From Tubulanus polymorphus (lineage: Eukaryota > Animalia > Nemertea), in assembly GCF_964204645.1 (NCBI RefSeq), contig NC_134030.1, forward strand, positions 15,934,110 to 15,998,109: a DNA stretch of 64,000 nt. Direction: 5' to 3'. The notes under the pieces were generated by a model, which saw only the letters and a program-made list of their open reading frames with translations, made no database searches and was not told the DNA's origin. Made by a program: the position numbers and the translations under genes. This document shows, in pieces, positions 1 to 15,940 of the stretch; the first letter of the stretch is position 1; every line of letters begins with the position of its first letter.

Positions 1-2234
1 TCTCATTAATTGGAAATCATCATTATTTGGGTAGTGTTGTTTTAATATTTTTAATTCATCATCAACTAATGATTTGGATAAGTTATCTAATGAACTATTT
101 AAAAATCTATATGAATCTATAAATCTTAGGCAACCAAATTGGAATGATATATAATTCTCAGATGTTTTAGCTAACATTCTAAATTTATAAGTTGGTATTT
201 TATCTTTTGATCTATTTGAATTTAATCTTTCTATTTCATTATTAATTTCTTCTATTTTATGGCATAACTGTTTGATAAATAAATGTGCATCATATCCTGA
301 TAGATTATGAAATATAACTGGTACAAAGTTAATTTTCTTAGCTTGTAAGTTACAATTCTCATGTGCAGCGCCTCTAAACTTTCCGTTCAAATGATCATGG
401 TCTCTTACTTTTTTATCTTTATAATTGAATATCTTTTCACAATAATAACATTTATCTGCAAACTCAAATGCTTCTTTATCTTCTTCTGTCATTATAATTT
501 CTATATTTGTATTCAATAATTTACTAAATCTTATTTCATATTCAATTAATAAGTCACAAAAATGATTGATAACATTTTCATTTCTATAATGATAATATTC
601 ACTTTTAATTAGTTCTGGATAATCAGATTTAATATATAACCCGAAAGCAGCAGCTGATTGATGAATCTTTTTAATTGTATTTGTTTTTGGTGGTTCATCT
701 GAAAAATCATTTTCATTAGAATTTAATTTCTTTCTTTTATATTATATTTCTTTTCTATCTTGATCAGTTAGTTCTTTATTTAATGATTCAAAATCTCCAT
801 ATATAACAAATGGTACTTTATTCTTGTAATCATATTTTTTGAATTCTAATATTTTATCTTTTTCATTTGGTAAAACTAATTTACAATAATCATGATTTTC
901 ACATAATTGTTTATGATTTAATAATGTACTTTCATTACTGAATCTATGTAAACATTTTCTACATAGATATATTTTATTATGGTGATCACTTTCTGTTCTA
1001 AAGAATAAATCTATTTGTTTAATCCACATATAATGATTCTCGTAATATAATATATTTATAACATCGTTTGAATCATAATCTTTTGATAGGTATATAGGTT
1101 CTAATGTATAATGTTTTATGTTGTTACCTTTTGTATTTGGTAATTTGATTAAAACAAATACATTTATTCTTAAATTATTATCTCTTTCTATTTTTGGGAT
1201 GTTTTTAATTCTAACAGGATACTTATCTATCTTATAATTATTTTCAAGTGGTTTATAATGAGTTAATCTACAAATATTATAAGTTGCAGGATGTAAGCAA
1301 CTAATTATTGCCCATAGAAAACATTTATCATCTTCATTTTGTACATTTATAACAGCATTAGTTTTAAATGGTAGTTTAATATAACTCGATGCTTCAATAT
1401 CTAGTTCTTTATAATATGACACATTATTTTCATAAATTGGTTTTGATTTAGTTAACTTATTATATTTTGTGTTATAAACATGTAAAGTCATAAATATTAT
1501 CTCATCAAATATTAAACCAGACCCTTCAAAATATTTCTCTTCTATTCTAGTTTTTACTTCATTATAACATTTATCTAATTTATCATCTATATGTTGTTTT
1601 GAAATAATATGTTGTGAATGAGAATTTATATTATATATTGGTTTATCTTCAGATTTTATAAACTTTACTTTAACCGATATACTAATTTTCGGATATTCAA
1701 CATCTGTAATTATTTTTATTATTTCTTTCATATTTTCTAAATGTTTTTTATTTTCTTCTAATGTTTTACCTTTATGAAATTTAAACTCGATAGCTGCTGG
1801 ACCAATATCACTTTTAAATGCTTCGGTTATCTCTATATCTTTTTTATTATCTAATGAATTAATATATTTTCTTACATCTTCCATGTATGGTCTTTTATTG
1901 TTTAATTTATTTTTTATGCTTTTAATTGTCTTCTGTTTCTTAACATTATCTTAATCAAAATAATCTTCACCTAAAATATCATTATTCTTATTTCTAATAT
2001 GACTTTTAGATTTTAAATGTTCATTATAATATCTCTGAATGATTGATTACATGTATCACATTTGTATGTTTCTTTTTCATTCTTTAATTCATCTAATTTA
2101 GTTTCTAATATATCATCTTTATATTCTAGTTTCAATTTATTCTCTAAATGTGTTTTAGTTTTATTGTGTCTTGATTTTTGGGATTTATGTATATTGATAT
2201 TACATGTTGGGCAGTAGTACTTATTTGCTTCCAT
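1..2234 (-). pseudogene. pPolB 5' portion, disrupted (copy 1)
   Basis: ORFs 2013-2234 (C2H2 finger CPTC...H...H) and 742-1884 (DDKCFLWAI, VIYGDFES) are nearly identical to ORF 27901-29634; frameshifts and stops lie between them. Confidence 0.9.
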
Positions 2235-2477
2235 TTTAATACTAAATTTTTTATTAAAATTGATTTTAGAAGTTCAATGATTTATATCATGTATTATTTC
2301 AATCACACTTTACTAACACTTTTAATGTTTAAAAATCTAACTCACACAAATATAAATATTGAAATAATGTTGTAAATATATCTATATATCTATTCTATAA
2401 GAGTTCACACTTTTATATTGAATAATCTGTCAATTTGAATGTTATTCATTTATATTTTATTCATGTATATGTGAATG

Positions 2478-2665
2478 AGTAATAGGGATAATAGGCTTTC
2501 AGGTTAAAGGTTGAAGGGGGGAGTGAGTAAAAAATGAAAATAATGATAATTTACAGTTGAATTAGGAGTGTGCGCGACTAATTCAACTGTAAATTATTGT
2601 TATTTTCATTTTTTACGAGCTCGACCGTTCGACCTTTGATCTGAAAGCCTATTATCCCTATTACT
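2478..2665. repeat. Terminal fold-back hairpin (~188 bp imperfect palindrome)
   Basis: AGTAATAGGGATAATAGGCTTTCAG...GAATTAG-GAGTGTGCGCGA-CTAATTC...CTGAAAGCCTATTATCCCTATTACT. Confidence 0.95.
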
Positions 2666-2942
2666 CACATTTGTTTTATAAATTTCTATTTAGTGACCAC
2701 GCAATACGTATTTGTATTTGTTTTATAAATTTCTATTTAGTGACCATGCAATACGTATCGACTTTTAAGTCACCACAATTTATTGGCAAGCTGGTTTAAT
2801 GAAATTAAAAGAGTGGCCAGTAGTGGAACAAAATATACTTAATAACAAACTTTGATGAAATTGAAAATATCTATATTGCATTAAATCTTAACATCGGTGC
2901 GCATTCATTGAAACTAGTAAAACACTTAGAATATAGTTAGAG

Positions 2943-3197
<255 letters not shown>

Positions 3198-5676
3198 CTA
3201 TCTTTGATTGTTATGGATAAAGAACCTTGCTCTAACAATTGCAAAATAAACAATTACTGAACTTTGGTACAAAGTAGTACATGGGGAGGGCGGGGTGGTT
3301 CAGCAAAAAAAGGTACGTACTTTAAGGGGTGGGGTATTATTCAATCATGGTACATACTTTATGCACCAAACTCAAATGGAAATAGCCGATACTAGTGTTT
3401 TATCGGCTTTTAGTGACTTGTTCAAGTGACTTGTAGTAGACTTCAACTGGGAATTCCCATACCAGTATCGATCTTACATGCACTTGGAATCAGGTATTTA
3501 TCTTTTGTTTTGATTTATTTTCTTTGCATCAATGTTACGGGGGGGTCATGGGTACCATGGTACGTACATATGAGGGAGTCGGTGAATTTGGCACAAAGGT
3601 GGTACAAGGGAGGGGGCGGTGGTGTTCAGCAACAACGGGAGATTTTGAGGAACGTAATTGCTGGACGCTCCCTGAAAACATTTCATTTTTTCCTGGTGGC
3701 TCATAAGGTCAGTTGTGAGCTAAACGGCTGTTCCTATTCGATAGGCCCTAGCCTTCAACTCAGGTTAACTGCTTCAGAATATTAATGTTACTAACATTTA
3801 TTCGAAAAAAAATGATTTCCTTGCTCTCCAATGGAATACTTAAGACAATGCCCGCTTAGACATATTTATATCAGGGATATGTGTGCACGCATTTTAAAGT
3901 GTACAGAGACTCGTACTGTCTGTAATCTTTTGTCCTCACTGATTTACATTTTGAGCCTAGGTTATCATGGACTAGCAAGATTCACCAGCAAATAGCTAAT
4001 ACTTATGCAATGACATGGAAAGAAAATATGTTAAACGCACAACTGTGGGAGACAAATTTTGGCTCAACCTGATCGGTGGTTAGATTGTGTAATAGAAGAT
4101 GCGGCACTTCCATCAACAATCTTCTTACTAGACATGGGAATATGAGATTAGTTGATATCATTTTTTTTTTCGTTGCAGCCGGCAAAATTCAATAACTTGA
4201 GGCCACTGAAAGTTCCTAGTTGCTAAACGTCTTCCCGTTGAGAAAAGGGGGAAGTGGAATGAGTATATACGATCAATATCCTCGCGAATTAGAGAGCCTA
4301 ACCTGATTGATTTAGGCCAATGGTTAAAAGATAGGGTTGATGCCGACAGCGGCCCTTTACAGTTTACATTCCTTCCAAAGGCTCTCTCAATCGTGTCTAA
4401 TGTGAATATTGATTCCCCTAGATTATCTACTTGTATGTCAGCGCATGGTGATCAAATTAAAAAATGAATATCACCATATTTCGAGGTGCCAGAAGTTTGT
4501 GGATAGGAATTTGTCCGATCGGTTTGCTCTAGTACGCTCTGTATTAATTGTCTTTATGTAGGGCATATGAAAGCTAATTGTCCTTCTAAGGGCAACTGCC
4601 ATGTTTGTAAGAGACGTCATCACACCAGTATACATCGTGATGACCAGCAACCGTCAGGTCCGTCGTCAGGTTGAGAATTGCCACATCACAGCCAGGTTAT
4701 GTCAGTTGTACATCGCCAAACAACAAAAGGTTCAGGTAACACTGTTGTTCATTTTCAGATTGTCCCTGTCATTGCCCATGGCTCCAATGGCCGCTGCATT
4801 GCCACCTTCGCGTTGTTGGACTCTGCTTGCGATGTAACACTGGTAGAATGTAATCTTTCTAAAGATTTGGGTTTGAAAGGGCAATCAGATCTCCTAAAAA
4901 TGCGTACACTTACGGCGACCGGAACGAAACTCTGTCTAACCCAGTGTGTCCCGATTCTGCTAAATTAAATCTCCCGGAGGTGTGGACAAGGCAAAGCACC
5001 TTTAGTTGTCCAGCGCAGTCATCTCAAATTTCCCAGCAGTATGATCATTTCCGGGATTTGACGCTAAGCTATATACATCCAGGTGATGTTAAAATTCTGA
5101 TCGGTGGGGACGTCCCATTTGCTCATATACAGTTAGAACAGAGGTGCCAACGCCCCAAAAATTTTTAAGTAGCACAAACCAAAATTCTAAGTATTTACGA
5201 TGATTTTTCTGTATTTTCAAAATTTGTTAAATTTCCAAAAAATAGAACCTGTATTTTTCAAGGAATAGAAGTAAAAGCCCCAAAAAACCCAGAAATCAAG
5301 ATTACATCTAGTAGTAAATTTAAAAAGAAGCAAAACCTTTGATTTAAGTGAAATTAATTGTATTCATTAAAACTAATACTGCAGTAATTGATTGTCATAA
5401 ATAAATCACGTGGCTACACTTGCTATGCCCACATATTAAAACTGAGACTTTTGATTTTGTCAAGAATACATCTGGATACACATGTTATGCATAATTAACA
5501 TCTATGAATATAGTACTTTAACCATAGAAATACTGCTGGACAGAATGATTGTCACACATTACATATCACTCAGGCTTCGATCACATTCTGTTTTGTAATT
5601 GCAAAAATAACTTTTAACACAACACAACAGAAAAATACCTAATAATTAATTATCTACTATGTGGAATAATGAAAAG

Positions 5677-7980
5677 TTAGTCCTGCTTTAATGATTTAGC
5701 AGTTGCTGATTTACACTTCTTAAGCAAATCATTGATATGGTTATTTAGATGACAGGTTCCCCCTCTTGTTTTCAGGATCACCAGCGACTCAAGAACTTTA
5801 GGAGATAGGCTGCCCCGAAAGTCTGTTTTGTTTTTCCTAATGGTGCTGAATACACGCTCACATCCAGCGTTACTAACTGGAAATAGGAGAATAGTCATCA
5901 TCATCCTTGGCAGGATCTTGAACCTATCAATAAAAAAGAGGGCATGGTGTAAGCACAATCCATTTAAAGTGAAAATAATCTGCACTTGCAGGGTTCAAAT
6001 TTCAATTTTTGCCTCTCAGGAAATTTCAGCATAGTTCAGAGTAAAGAGATGTTGACTAAACAATAGATATATTTACCTTGTAGCTCCAGTAAGGTCAACT
6101 AATTCTGTAATCATCTACCATTGTTCCTCTGCAGACCGATGTGTAGGTTCTCCATTAGGTGGTGTAATGGTAAAGAGGTTTACTGGTAGTTCGTCATCAC
6201 TCATAGTTGTGTAATCATTAGATTCGTCTTCCAGGCTGTCTATATCTAGTGACTTCTTCAAAACTGGATAGGTATTAAGAAAATACTTGATATTCGAAAA
6301 CGTCTTCACACGTCTTAGACTAATATCAGCTACCTGAATAACATTAAATCGGAACAACAGTTATCCTTAACCCTAAATTTAGCCATTTTAGTCCTGGGGC
6401 ATTCATATTTTCATAGTAACTGGACCAGAGGCTATCCAAGATCAAACTGGATCTATCCTAGGACATGTCCCCCATTATATTTATTTAACCTTTACCATTA
6501 CTTACTTCAGCATGATTCCACAATGGCTGATCTTCTGGATTGATTTTCAGTTTGATGTAAGACAGCACGCACCGATAGAATTTGACAACATCATTGTAGA
6601 ACTTTGCTCTAGTGTTAGAAGCGACTCCATTATCGAGAACGTCTTGGGCCGCAGAACCGATTACTAAATCTTTATCAGGTTTGATGTTGTAGCTACAATC
6701 GAAATCAACCTTAATAGTAATTGGCTGCTTTCTAAAAGCTGATGGTTTACATATTCGTTGCAGCAAGGTGAGCATAAGATTTCCAACAACTCTGGAGACT
6801 CGGAAAATCTGTGATGTCTCACTCTGCAGATTAGCATTAGTCGACTCCATAATCTACAAAACAAGATTTAAAAAACTGATTTATCAAAAAGTCAATGAGA
6901 ATAACAATAGTCTATATGTGAAATCTAGTTACCTCTACAGCTCTCATGAGGAAAGCCGATTAGTAGTATAGTTTTGCTGTTCTTCGGTTGAAGAATACCT
7001 GGAGTTTCTTCTTTATGGTAGTCGCTGACTCTGAGCCCATCTCATCTTTGTTATCATCAGTGACAGCATCACCACCCTGTTGATTCTGAGTCTCAGCATT
7101 AAAGAATGATTCTAATGCAGACCATTGCTCTAACAGACGTTCAAACGGCAGGGCCCATAGTTATCCAGCGAGTGGCCACATGTTTTGTTATCGCATAATT
7201 TGGTAATTCTAGATCATCTTGTAATTTGCTCACAGCTTCACCTCGTTTCGTAGACTTGCTGATGTACCAGTAAACTTTACGCAAAATATCATCAAAGTTG
7301 AATTCGTCACTCATTGATTTCAAACCTTTTGACACAGCTAGATCAAGAAGGGGGCAGATACAGCCGGCAAGGTGCACTTTAGCATGTTTTTCACGAATGA
7401 ATTTGATAGTCCCTTTGTATTTACCAGTCATGACTGAACATTTGTCGGTAAGAAAACTCAAAAACTGTGTCCATTGAATATCATTAACCTCTAGTTCTCG
7501 CTCAATTATTTCATAGATAGATTTTCCGGTATGTGAAGCATTCCATATAGGTAGAGGCAACAGGCGGGTTTTGAAGGACAAACTCTGTGATTCGAGATAC
7601 TTAACTACAATTGAGTAGTACATGTTATTCTGTAGAGCTGATCCATCTATTCCCAAAATGAACGGGTTGGCTTTGATGACACTAATGCAGTTTGTTTTTT
7701 CAACATGAGCAAGTTCTTCAACAATGGATGTTGCCTTTGTTCGAGCACATTTAAATGATTTAGCAATTTCACTGTCAGGGAACATCTTACGGCAGAGTTC
7801 ACCCATGTGGTTCGCAGCACTCAGAGCAATGTTATGCTCAACCAGGAACTCACAAATTAGTGTTTCCGCCCGGATTTCTTTATAGTCCTCCTTTTTCACA
7901 AGAAACCTATCCATTGTCTTGTTACTGGTCATTCCAGTAGCGGCAGTTTTATGCTTTGCGCTGGCAAAATGTTGTTGAAT
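5677..7980 (-). pseudogene. hAT transposase, spliced catalytic and C-terminal exons
   Basis: GIDGS, LTDKCSVMTG and TRW motifs plus the C-terminal hATC motif PVSNAGCERVFS; GT-AG introns at about 6854-6932, 6334-6505 and 5924-6076; premature stop at 7141. Confidence 0.85.
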
Positions 7981-8559
7981 TCAACAACACTATTGGCCCT
8001 TGCGGTAAATGAGCGGTTATTTGGTCGATTGACTGTCGGCAATAAGACGGTAAATCAGAGGTTTTTTTTCGGTTTAATAATGTCGGATTTTTAGCGGTTA
8101 TTAGCCGATGATTTTCCGACGAAATGGATTATCGAAGATTTTCCGACGAATTTCCGATAGACAGAGTACTAGCGGAAAATCGTCAGTTTAGTGAGTTGCC
8201 ATGATACTCACAACAGCGCAATCAGTTTCTAACGGTGTTTAAAATTCACTTCGAAAGTCAACGTAGCACCGTCAACAGCTATACATCTATTCAGCTATAT
8301 ATCATGAGATTTGTCCAATTTTTTTATATCTTACTTTATTATCTAATGGAAAGCTCCATTACATCTACATCGCACCCACTGGAGTCATGTGGGAGACTGA
8401 ATAATTGTTACATGATTGTAGCGAGAATATGCAGTTTAAAAAGAAAAAAAAAACACCTCTAGCTCCGTGTATTAGGTGTAAGAACACCTTACGACCGAGA
8501 GGGAAAGTTCTTAAATAACTGTTATCTCTTTTCATTTTAGGTTGTTCCGCTCTTTCCAA

Positions 8560-9615
<1,056 letters not shown>

Positions 9616-10422
9616 ATTTGTCCAATTATAGACAAAAATTGAATGTAAGTTACGTCATTTTCTATCACTGTTTTATTTACAGCACTACGACCATTCTGCT
9701 CGGTGTGTACCGGGTGAGCGGCACATACGAAAGAGGTACCGACGGTAGATGCGATCAACCAAAAGCGCGTTTTGTGCATGTCATACTCGCCCAATGGCAA
9801 ACAAAAATGACATTAAACAAAATAACGATGACGTACTCGCGGGCGCTTTTCATGAAGATATGCGAATTATCAGATAATATAATTTCGAAACTGAATTACA
9901 GATGGCAGCACCGACAGGACGCTAAAATATTCTTATGAAAATAGTTCCAGGTATTAATGAAAAAGTACGATGTTCAATAGGTCCACGTGTCAAATAAAGT
10001 TCTAAATTGAATTAAAATGAAATTTTCAGTTGACTTGTGTTATTCTTATTCTTACGAAAAGTCTAAGGCTAAACACAAACAATACCTTGTTTCTCCGCAG
10101 GGGCCGGGTCATTTTTGTAAAATATGCCTATAGGCCTATTTTATAATTAAACAGTTCATTTCTATAGCTGCCGGGTCTGTTAAGGTAAAATTGAACACTA
10201 TTTAAAAAATATGTATAGGGTAGATAGGCGGCCAGCACGGCCAGGTTTTAATCTCAGCAGAGGTAGGCCTATCAATTTTTTAGCCTAAAGAACCAACTCG
10301 AATCACCACCCACGGTAAGTGGAGGCTAGAGATCCTTAAAATGCGATGTGACATCAAATCCACGAATTGAACAAATAAACCACTGTAACTTATCCTATCT
10401 GTAATATTTATTTAAAAAGCAG

Positions 10423-11322
10423 GGGCCGGTTTCACAAAGCGTAATTAACCCTTAATTATGATTAAATCACTAATCATGATTAAATTATCATGATTTAATC
10501 AAGTTAGGTGTTTCACAAAACGTAATTAACTTTACTTATAATTAAGTTAATTACAAAATTTAATTCTCCTCTAGAGTGTAATTAAACCATTTAATCATCA
10601 TTAGTTTATTATTAAAAACAAAAAGCTGCAGATATTATTCATGGAATTTGGTGTTTATTAATTGACGACCGCAATTCCTGCACTTATTCAGTTTTTCAGA
10701 TTGTTTGGCTCAAATAATTTGGATTTTTTGCCTTTTGTAAAAAAGGCATGTCAATACTCTAAATTCTATTGATTTATTTTCAAACGTCCTGTGTCAGCAC
10801 GTTTGTGTCAGCACGACCACCACATACTTAGAAGTATTGAATTAATTGATTTTGTCCATACATATGATAGATTTCTGTCAGTAGAGTACATATCTATGGA
10901 GTTAGTGTTAAAAAGTGCTAATCACTGCTCGGAAATAAACCCCATTTACGAGGATTTTATTTTGCTGACTGGAGGTGAGTTTCTATTTAAAAACTTTTTT
11001 TGAGACATCTTGCTAAGTTTTTCCACTGGTTCCTGAGACCTTTCAGAGCAATCTTTAACTCCCAAAGGAGTGAATTTCTCTTTTCCTCTAAACAAGGAAG
11101 GTTGTTGATGCTTGGACAGCAAATGGCTGTCTTAAGTTCCGCCATTTTGATACAGTTAAATTGTAATTAAGTTGCCTAATTATGTAATTAGTTAATTTTG
11201 TAATTAAACCCTTTCGTGAAACCGAATTTTAATCGTAATTAACTAATCATGATTAAGGAAATTTCATCATGATTTAGGTCCTAATTATAATTAAAGTTAA
11301 TTATGCTTTGTGAAACCGGCCC
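10423..11322. mobile_element. PIF/Harbinger-type non-autonomous element
   Basis: Long TIRs GGGCCGGTTTCACAAAGC.../...GCTTTGTGAAACCGGCCC; 3-bp TSD CAG at 10420-10422 and 11323-11325. Confidence 0.85.
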
Positions 11323-12156
11323 CAGATTTCAAGATTTTAGAACTGCCCGGTGGCTATTTAACAACCAAACATTTCTCCAAAGTTTTTCAATCGTTAATTT
11401 CCGCTCGCCATTCCAGACCAATGCCAAAGACGGTGCCTCAAAGACAAATACTTACAAGAAGATATGCCAAATGCTTATTAACGCTAAACTTATGAAATGA
11501 AATTTAACGATATCGTCTTATTACGGCATCGAAACGGAGGCGATCATCCGGCCACAATCATTTTCCTCGACTTAACAACTCAACGACCAGTTCGGCGTGT
11601 TGACATGATAGACGCATAACCTGTAGAAAAAAAACGACTGTGTTACAATTTAAAGATGCAGACGAGCGGCGTTTGTGATAAAAAACACGATAGATGCTTT
11701 GGCGATGAGGGCACATTTTACTTTTCAATTTTTATAGGGCACTCTTAATGACGCGGGCGGCATTTGACTTTCTTGAGAAACTAGGTATTTGTTTACCTGG
11801 CCTAACATAGAAAAAACCAGCTGCATCGACTTTGAAAAGCCTCAACTTTCCCAAGAGCGTCTCTACCCCATAAGCCATCTATCTGATAATCCACGCAATT
11901 AACTGTTCAGGATACAATTTTCAGTTCTTTTTTATTTTCTTCTGCAGCCCATCGAGGTTTTCATCAAAGTTAAAAATAATCAAATAAAAAACGAATTTCA
12001 AATCATTTTGTTTTGTTCCAATCCATCTTAAAATGCAAACAAAAAACGCACGAAAAGGAACTACGTACGGGGTAGATGCGATCAACCAAAAGCCCATTCA
12101 AGAATATTCAATATATTCTAGTCTAGTTTTTCTAATTGTATATAGTTTCAGTTGCA

Positions 12157-12734
12157 ATGTCAACCAAAGGTGATCTGCTTTTGTGCAAAATGTCATGGCA
12201 ATATCGTGTGCCGCAGAACCCGGAAAAGGCACAAGAGAAAATTTGAAGATGTTCTAACTAACGAAAGTACAAAAGAATTAAAGGCAAGTCCTAATGGCTG
12301 GGACTCAAATAATAATAACGAAATTTAGCAAAACCGTTTACTACCTCATTAATGACCTTGAAATAAATTAACTTACCAACTCGCCCAGAAATATTCCTAT
12401 AATCTGGCTAAATGTTACGTATAGTAATAAGTTATTGCTTTATAAATCATGCTTATTTACATAGATTAGCGTGGAATGTGGTATCATCGAAAATACAGTT
12501 GAAGGTGCAGGAAATCATGCCGAATACGAATATGGTGGAAATAACAATAGAAGATTTGAAGATGATGGAGGGGATGGTGATGGAGATGATAATAGAGTGG
12601 ATGAAGATGGAGCGAATGGTGAAGATGGAGCAATTGGAGATGGAGCAGATGAGGGAGATGGACGGGATGATGATGGTGATGATAATGGTGATGATGAAGG
12701 AGGGGACGATGATGGTGATGATGATGATGGAGAG

Positions 12735-12765
<31 letters not shown>

Positions 12766-15710
12766 AGGAAGATGGTGATGGAGGGGATGATGGTGGTGAT
12801 GACGATGGAGAGGCTGATGTAGGTAACTATGGTGACCACGAGATGTTTCAACAACCTATTTATGAAGGTTCCGATATCAATCTAATACAGTATATCGGAA
12901 TTGTTACATCACTATATGCGAGAGCAACCACCGGCATATCGAAAACAGAAATGACAAGAACACTGAATATGATACACCACATTTTACCCAAACCGAATAT
13001 AACACCACGCTCTGTAAAACAGCTAGAGACGTTAGAAAAATATATATTCGGGAATATGCGTAGCGAAAAAGTGTGTACGAATGGTTGTATGATGTTTTGG
13101 AGGAACAATCGCCATCTTGAACGATGTGACAAATATGGGTCTGCTGAGACTGTATTCACGTGGATGCCACTAATCCCATATCTGAAAGGTAAACCATCTA
13201 AGATATATGATCTCTGCATAATGATTAATTCAGATTTCATCTAGGTATGAATAAAACTGGATTCTGTTTAGAAGTGTTAAAATACATCTCTTTGATCTCT
13301 CTCTAGGACAATATGAACACTTCAACATGGCGCATAGGGTCACTGAATATTTAAGACCAAATGATGGTGAAAGGCAGGTAGCTACTATTCTACATAATGG
13401 GGAGTTGTGATGACGTCATCATCAGACCGATTGCAATAGCTTACTAAAATATATCTACACATTATTTTTATAGAATATTCAACCTGCATCAAACGGAAAC
13501 ATGGCAACGTCTCTTTTCTGATGGACTGTTACAAGGAGATAGGCGATGCCTAGGATTGGCCCTAACGATGGACGGCACTAACGCATTCAGACACAAGAAA
13601 TATACAGTGTGGCCGATCATGATCAACTTTTTAAATCTAAGGTACATGTAGTGAAATTGATGTCTCCGACATACGACATATCATGTTATTAATTGATAGA
13701 AGTCTGAGGAATAATAAGAACTGGTTTTATCAATTTAAGACCACCAGCAGGGAAGGAATATGAAAATACGTTCATATATGGATTAATGCAAATGAACGAA
13801 CGAAAAAAAAAGCGTAAACGGCTCTTTAGCGCCATTAATTACTGAACTCAATGAATTATTGCAAGGCGTACCAACAATAGACGGAAGTCGTAATCTTGAA
13901 CACTTCGAATTAAAGGTAAATAATTCATATCAGAATACCCCAGTCAAAATTATTTGTCCTCGACTTGAAAAACATGTACTCTAAAAATAAATGTAGTGCA
14001 TTCGCCATAAGTATATTTTATCAATCAGGGCAAGTTGATAATGATCAGGGGTGATTACGAGAGTCACTGTTTGACATTAATGCATCAGACGGCTGGCTTT
14101 GATGGGTGCATAAAATGTTGCCATCATGGTATTCACCCACAACCGTTGAATAGAATCGGAGGCAAGAAAAAATTCTACATTTGAATACCAATTGTTATTA
14201 AGATATATTCTTAGAAACATTGCTTCTGATTTTTGTATCAGATACTTACCAGTTAATCATGTGCAGCGAATTGAAGTAGATGCACCATTAATCAGCGATG
14301 ATGGAAATTCAACAACTAGAAATATCGAGGTGCGACATCCGCCTGAAGAAAAAACCCATGGCATTATGTTGAGAAGTGCAAACAGAGTTAATAACGGTAC
14401 ATCAATCAGGAATTACCATCAACTTAAGAAAAATTTATAAAATGCGTTATTATATGTTCATTTGAAATCTTAGGAATAGTTAGGCAGGAACTCGGCTTCA
14501 AAGGGCGGCCGATTCTGTTCGATTTAGATGGAACAAATGTCAATGATATCATTGCATTGGATCCTATGCATACCATTAGTGGTATGATAAAGAAATTTAT
14601 CGAAGCATTCAATGGCAACGAAGTTAGAGATGGTGCAAGAGTAAGACAGTACGAAGAAATGCTATTGCGAAATGAACAATGTTGGGTTTGTAGCACTATT
14701 ACATTTTCTAAAATAAATTTTCATTAACTAATTTCAGCTACTTTTAATAATTAGGGATCATTCATTTGGGCCTATTGCATAAAATTTTACTTTTTCAACC
14801 CCTCCCCTTGTACACAAAATAAGCCATTTTTTCAATATACCTTAAGCATTACAGTACGCATTTACAGTTACCCCTCCCCTAGTACGTAAAATAAATAAAT
14901 TAAAATAAAATAAATAAATTATCCCTTATGATAATAATTTATTTGTTTATATAGTGCTATACTGTAAGATAATCATGGCACTTGAGTCTTAAGCTTATTT
15001 CATTAATTTTTTTTTCTTTTTCAGCTCATCTATGAAAATCTGCCACCAGCTGAATGGAACCTATCAGCCCAAGAATAAGAACTTATCAAAGAGAGATGGG
15101 CATGCATTAAGGCACCATTAGGATGTTCATTCAGAACAGAGGGAAATCCATTCGATCCTAGTAGCAACATGAAATCGTACGACTACATTGAAGTAAATAT
15201 TCAATAAAATAAATAGAATTACTTTTCCAATTAAGAGAAAAACATATTACCGTATCTTCATACTTATCATCTTCATTTTAGGGTGCAATTCATACTCCGT
15301 TAATTTTCTGTTTGCGGGGTATGCTTGGAGTGCATCAGAGAAGGACATTCTTCAACTATTGTAAACTAGTAGGAAGTAAGTGTCAATCATAGGCACAAAA
15401 TGTAACATTTGAAAATATAAAATGACTATCTTTCTGTTCTATTTCAGATATCTACAATTCAAATACAAATGCCGAATGGCAAGAACTGACCACACAGATT
15501 TCTGCAATCTTGGTTGACATAGAAAAATTTTACCCTGCTTCTTTACTCACCCTTCATGTCACCTTCATCACCACATAATTGACTCGATTAGTAGGTTTGG
15601 CACGGCTCATTCTATTCATATGTTTTCCGCCGAGTCATCCATCCATAAACTGAAACAAATGAATACTGCAAAGAAAAATGTTGAAAAGAGTTTGATGAAA
15701 AAACATAAGG
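12157..15710 (+). pseudogene. EnSpm/CACTA transposase, multi-exon, decayed
   Basis: N-terminal CFCAKC..RRTRKRH; Asp/Gly tract; CTNGCMMF..LERC; MDG..F...YTVWPIM; RGDY..GCIKC; LDPMH; MKSYD; HSIHMFSAES; many short GT-AG introns. Confidence 0.8.
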
Positions 15711-15940
15711 TAAGAGCCATCAGTTTTCAATATTTCAATAAATAAGACCAAAGATAAACATTTGTTTATGGTCTATGTCCAAAATTTCGTAGGGTACAGG
15801 TAGACGCGGCATTGGAAACTATTTTATATTATAAAAAAAATAGTTTCACAATATGAAAAAATATTCAAATAAAATTCATATGATGTCACATATCAGAGGG
15901 TGGCTGAATATTGAGTCTTGGAAACGAAACCTCTTCCAAT

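Larger units (their letters stand above)
1..2665 (-). mobile_element. Polinton-like endogenous virus, copy 1 (PolB-side end only; continues beyond window start)
   Basis: Near-identical to ~27497-30128; ends in ...CCCTATTACT at 2665 followed by CACATT (candidate TSD half); carries the PolB 5' part and the hairpin terminus. Confidence 0.9.

Noticed and set aside
12412-12854. Met-rich and Ile-rich ORFs
   Set aside because: Alternative frames of the (GAT)n tract in the EnSpm gene.
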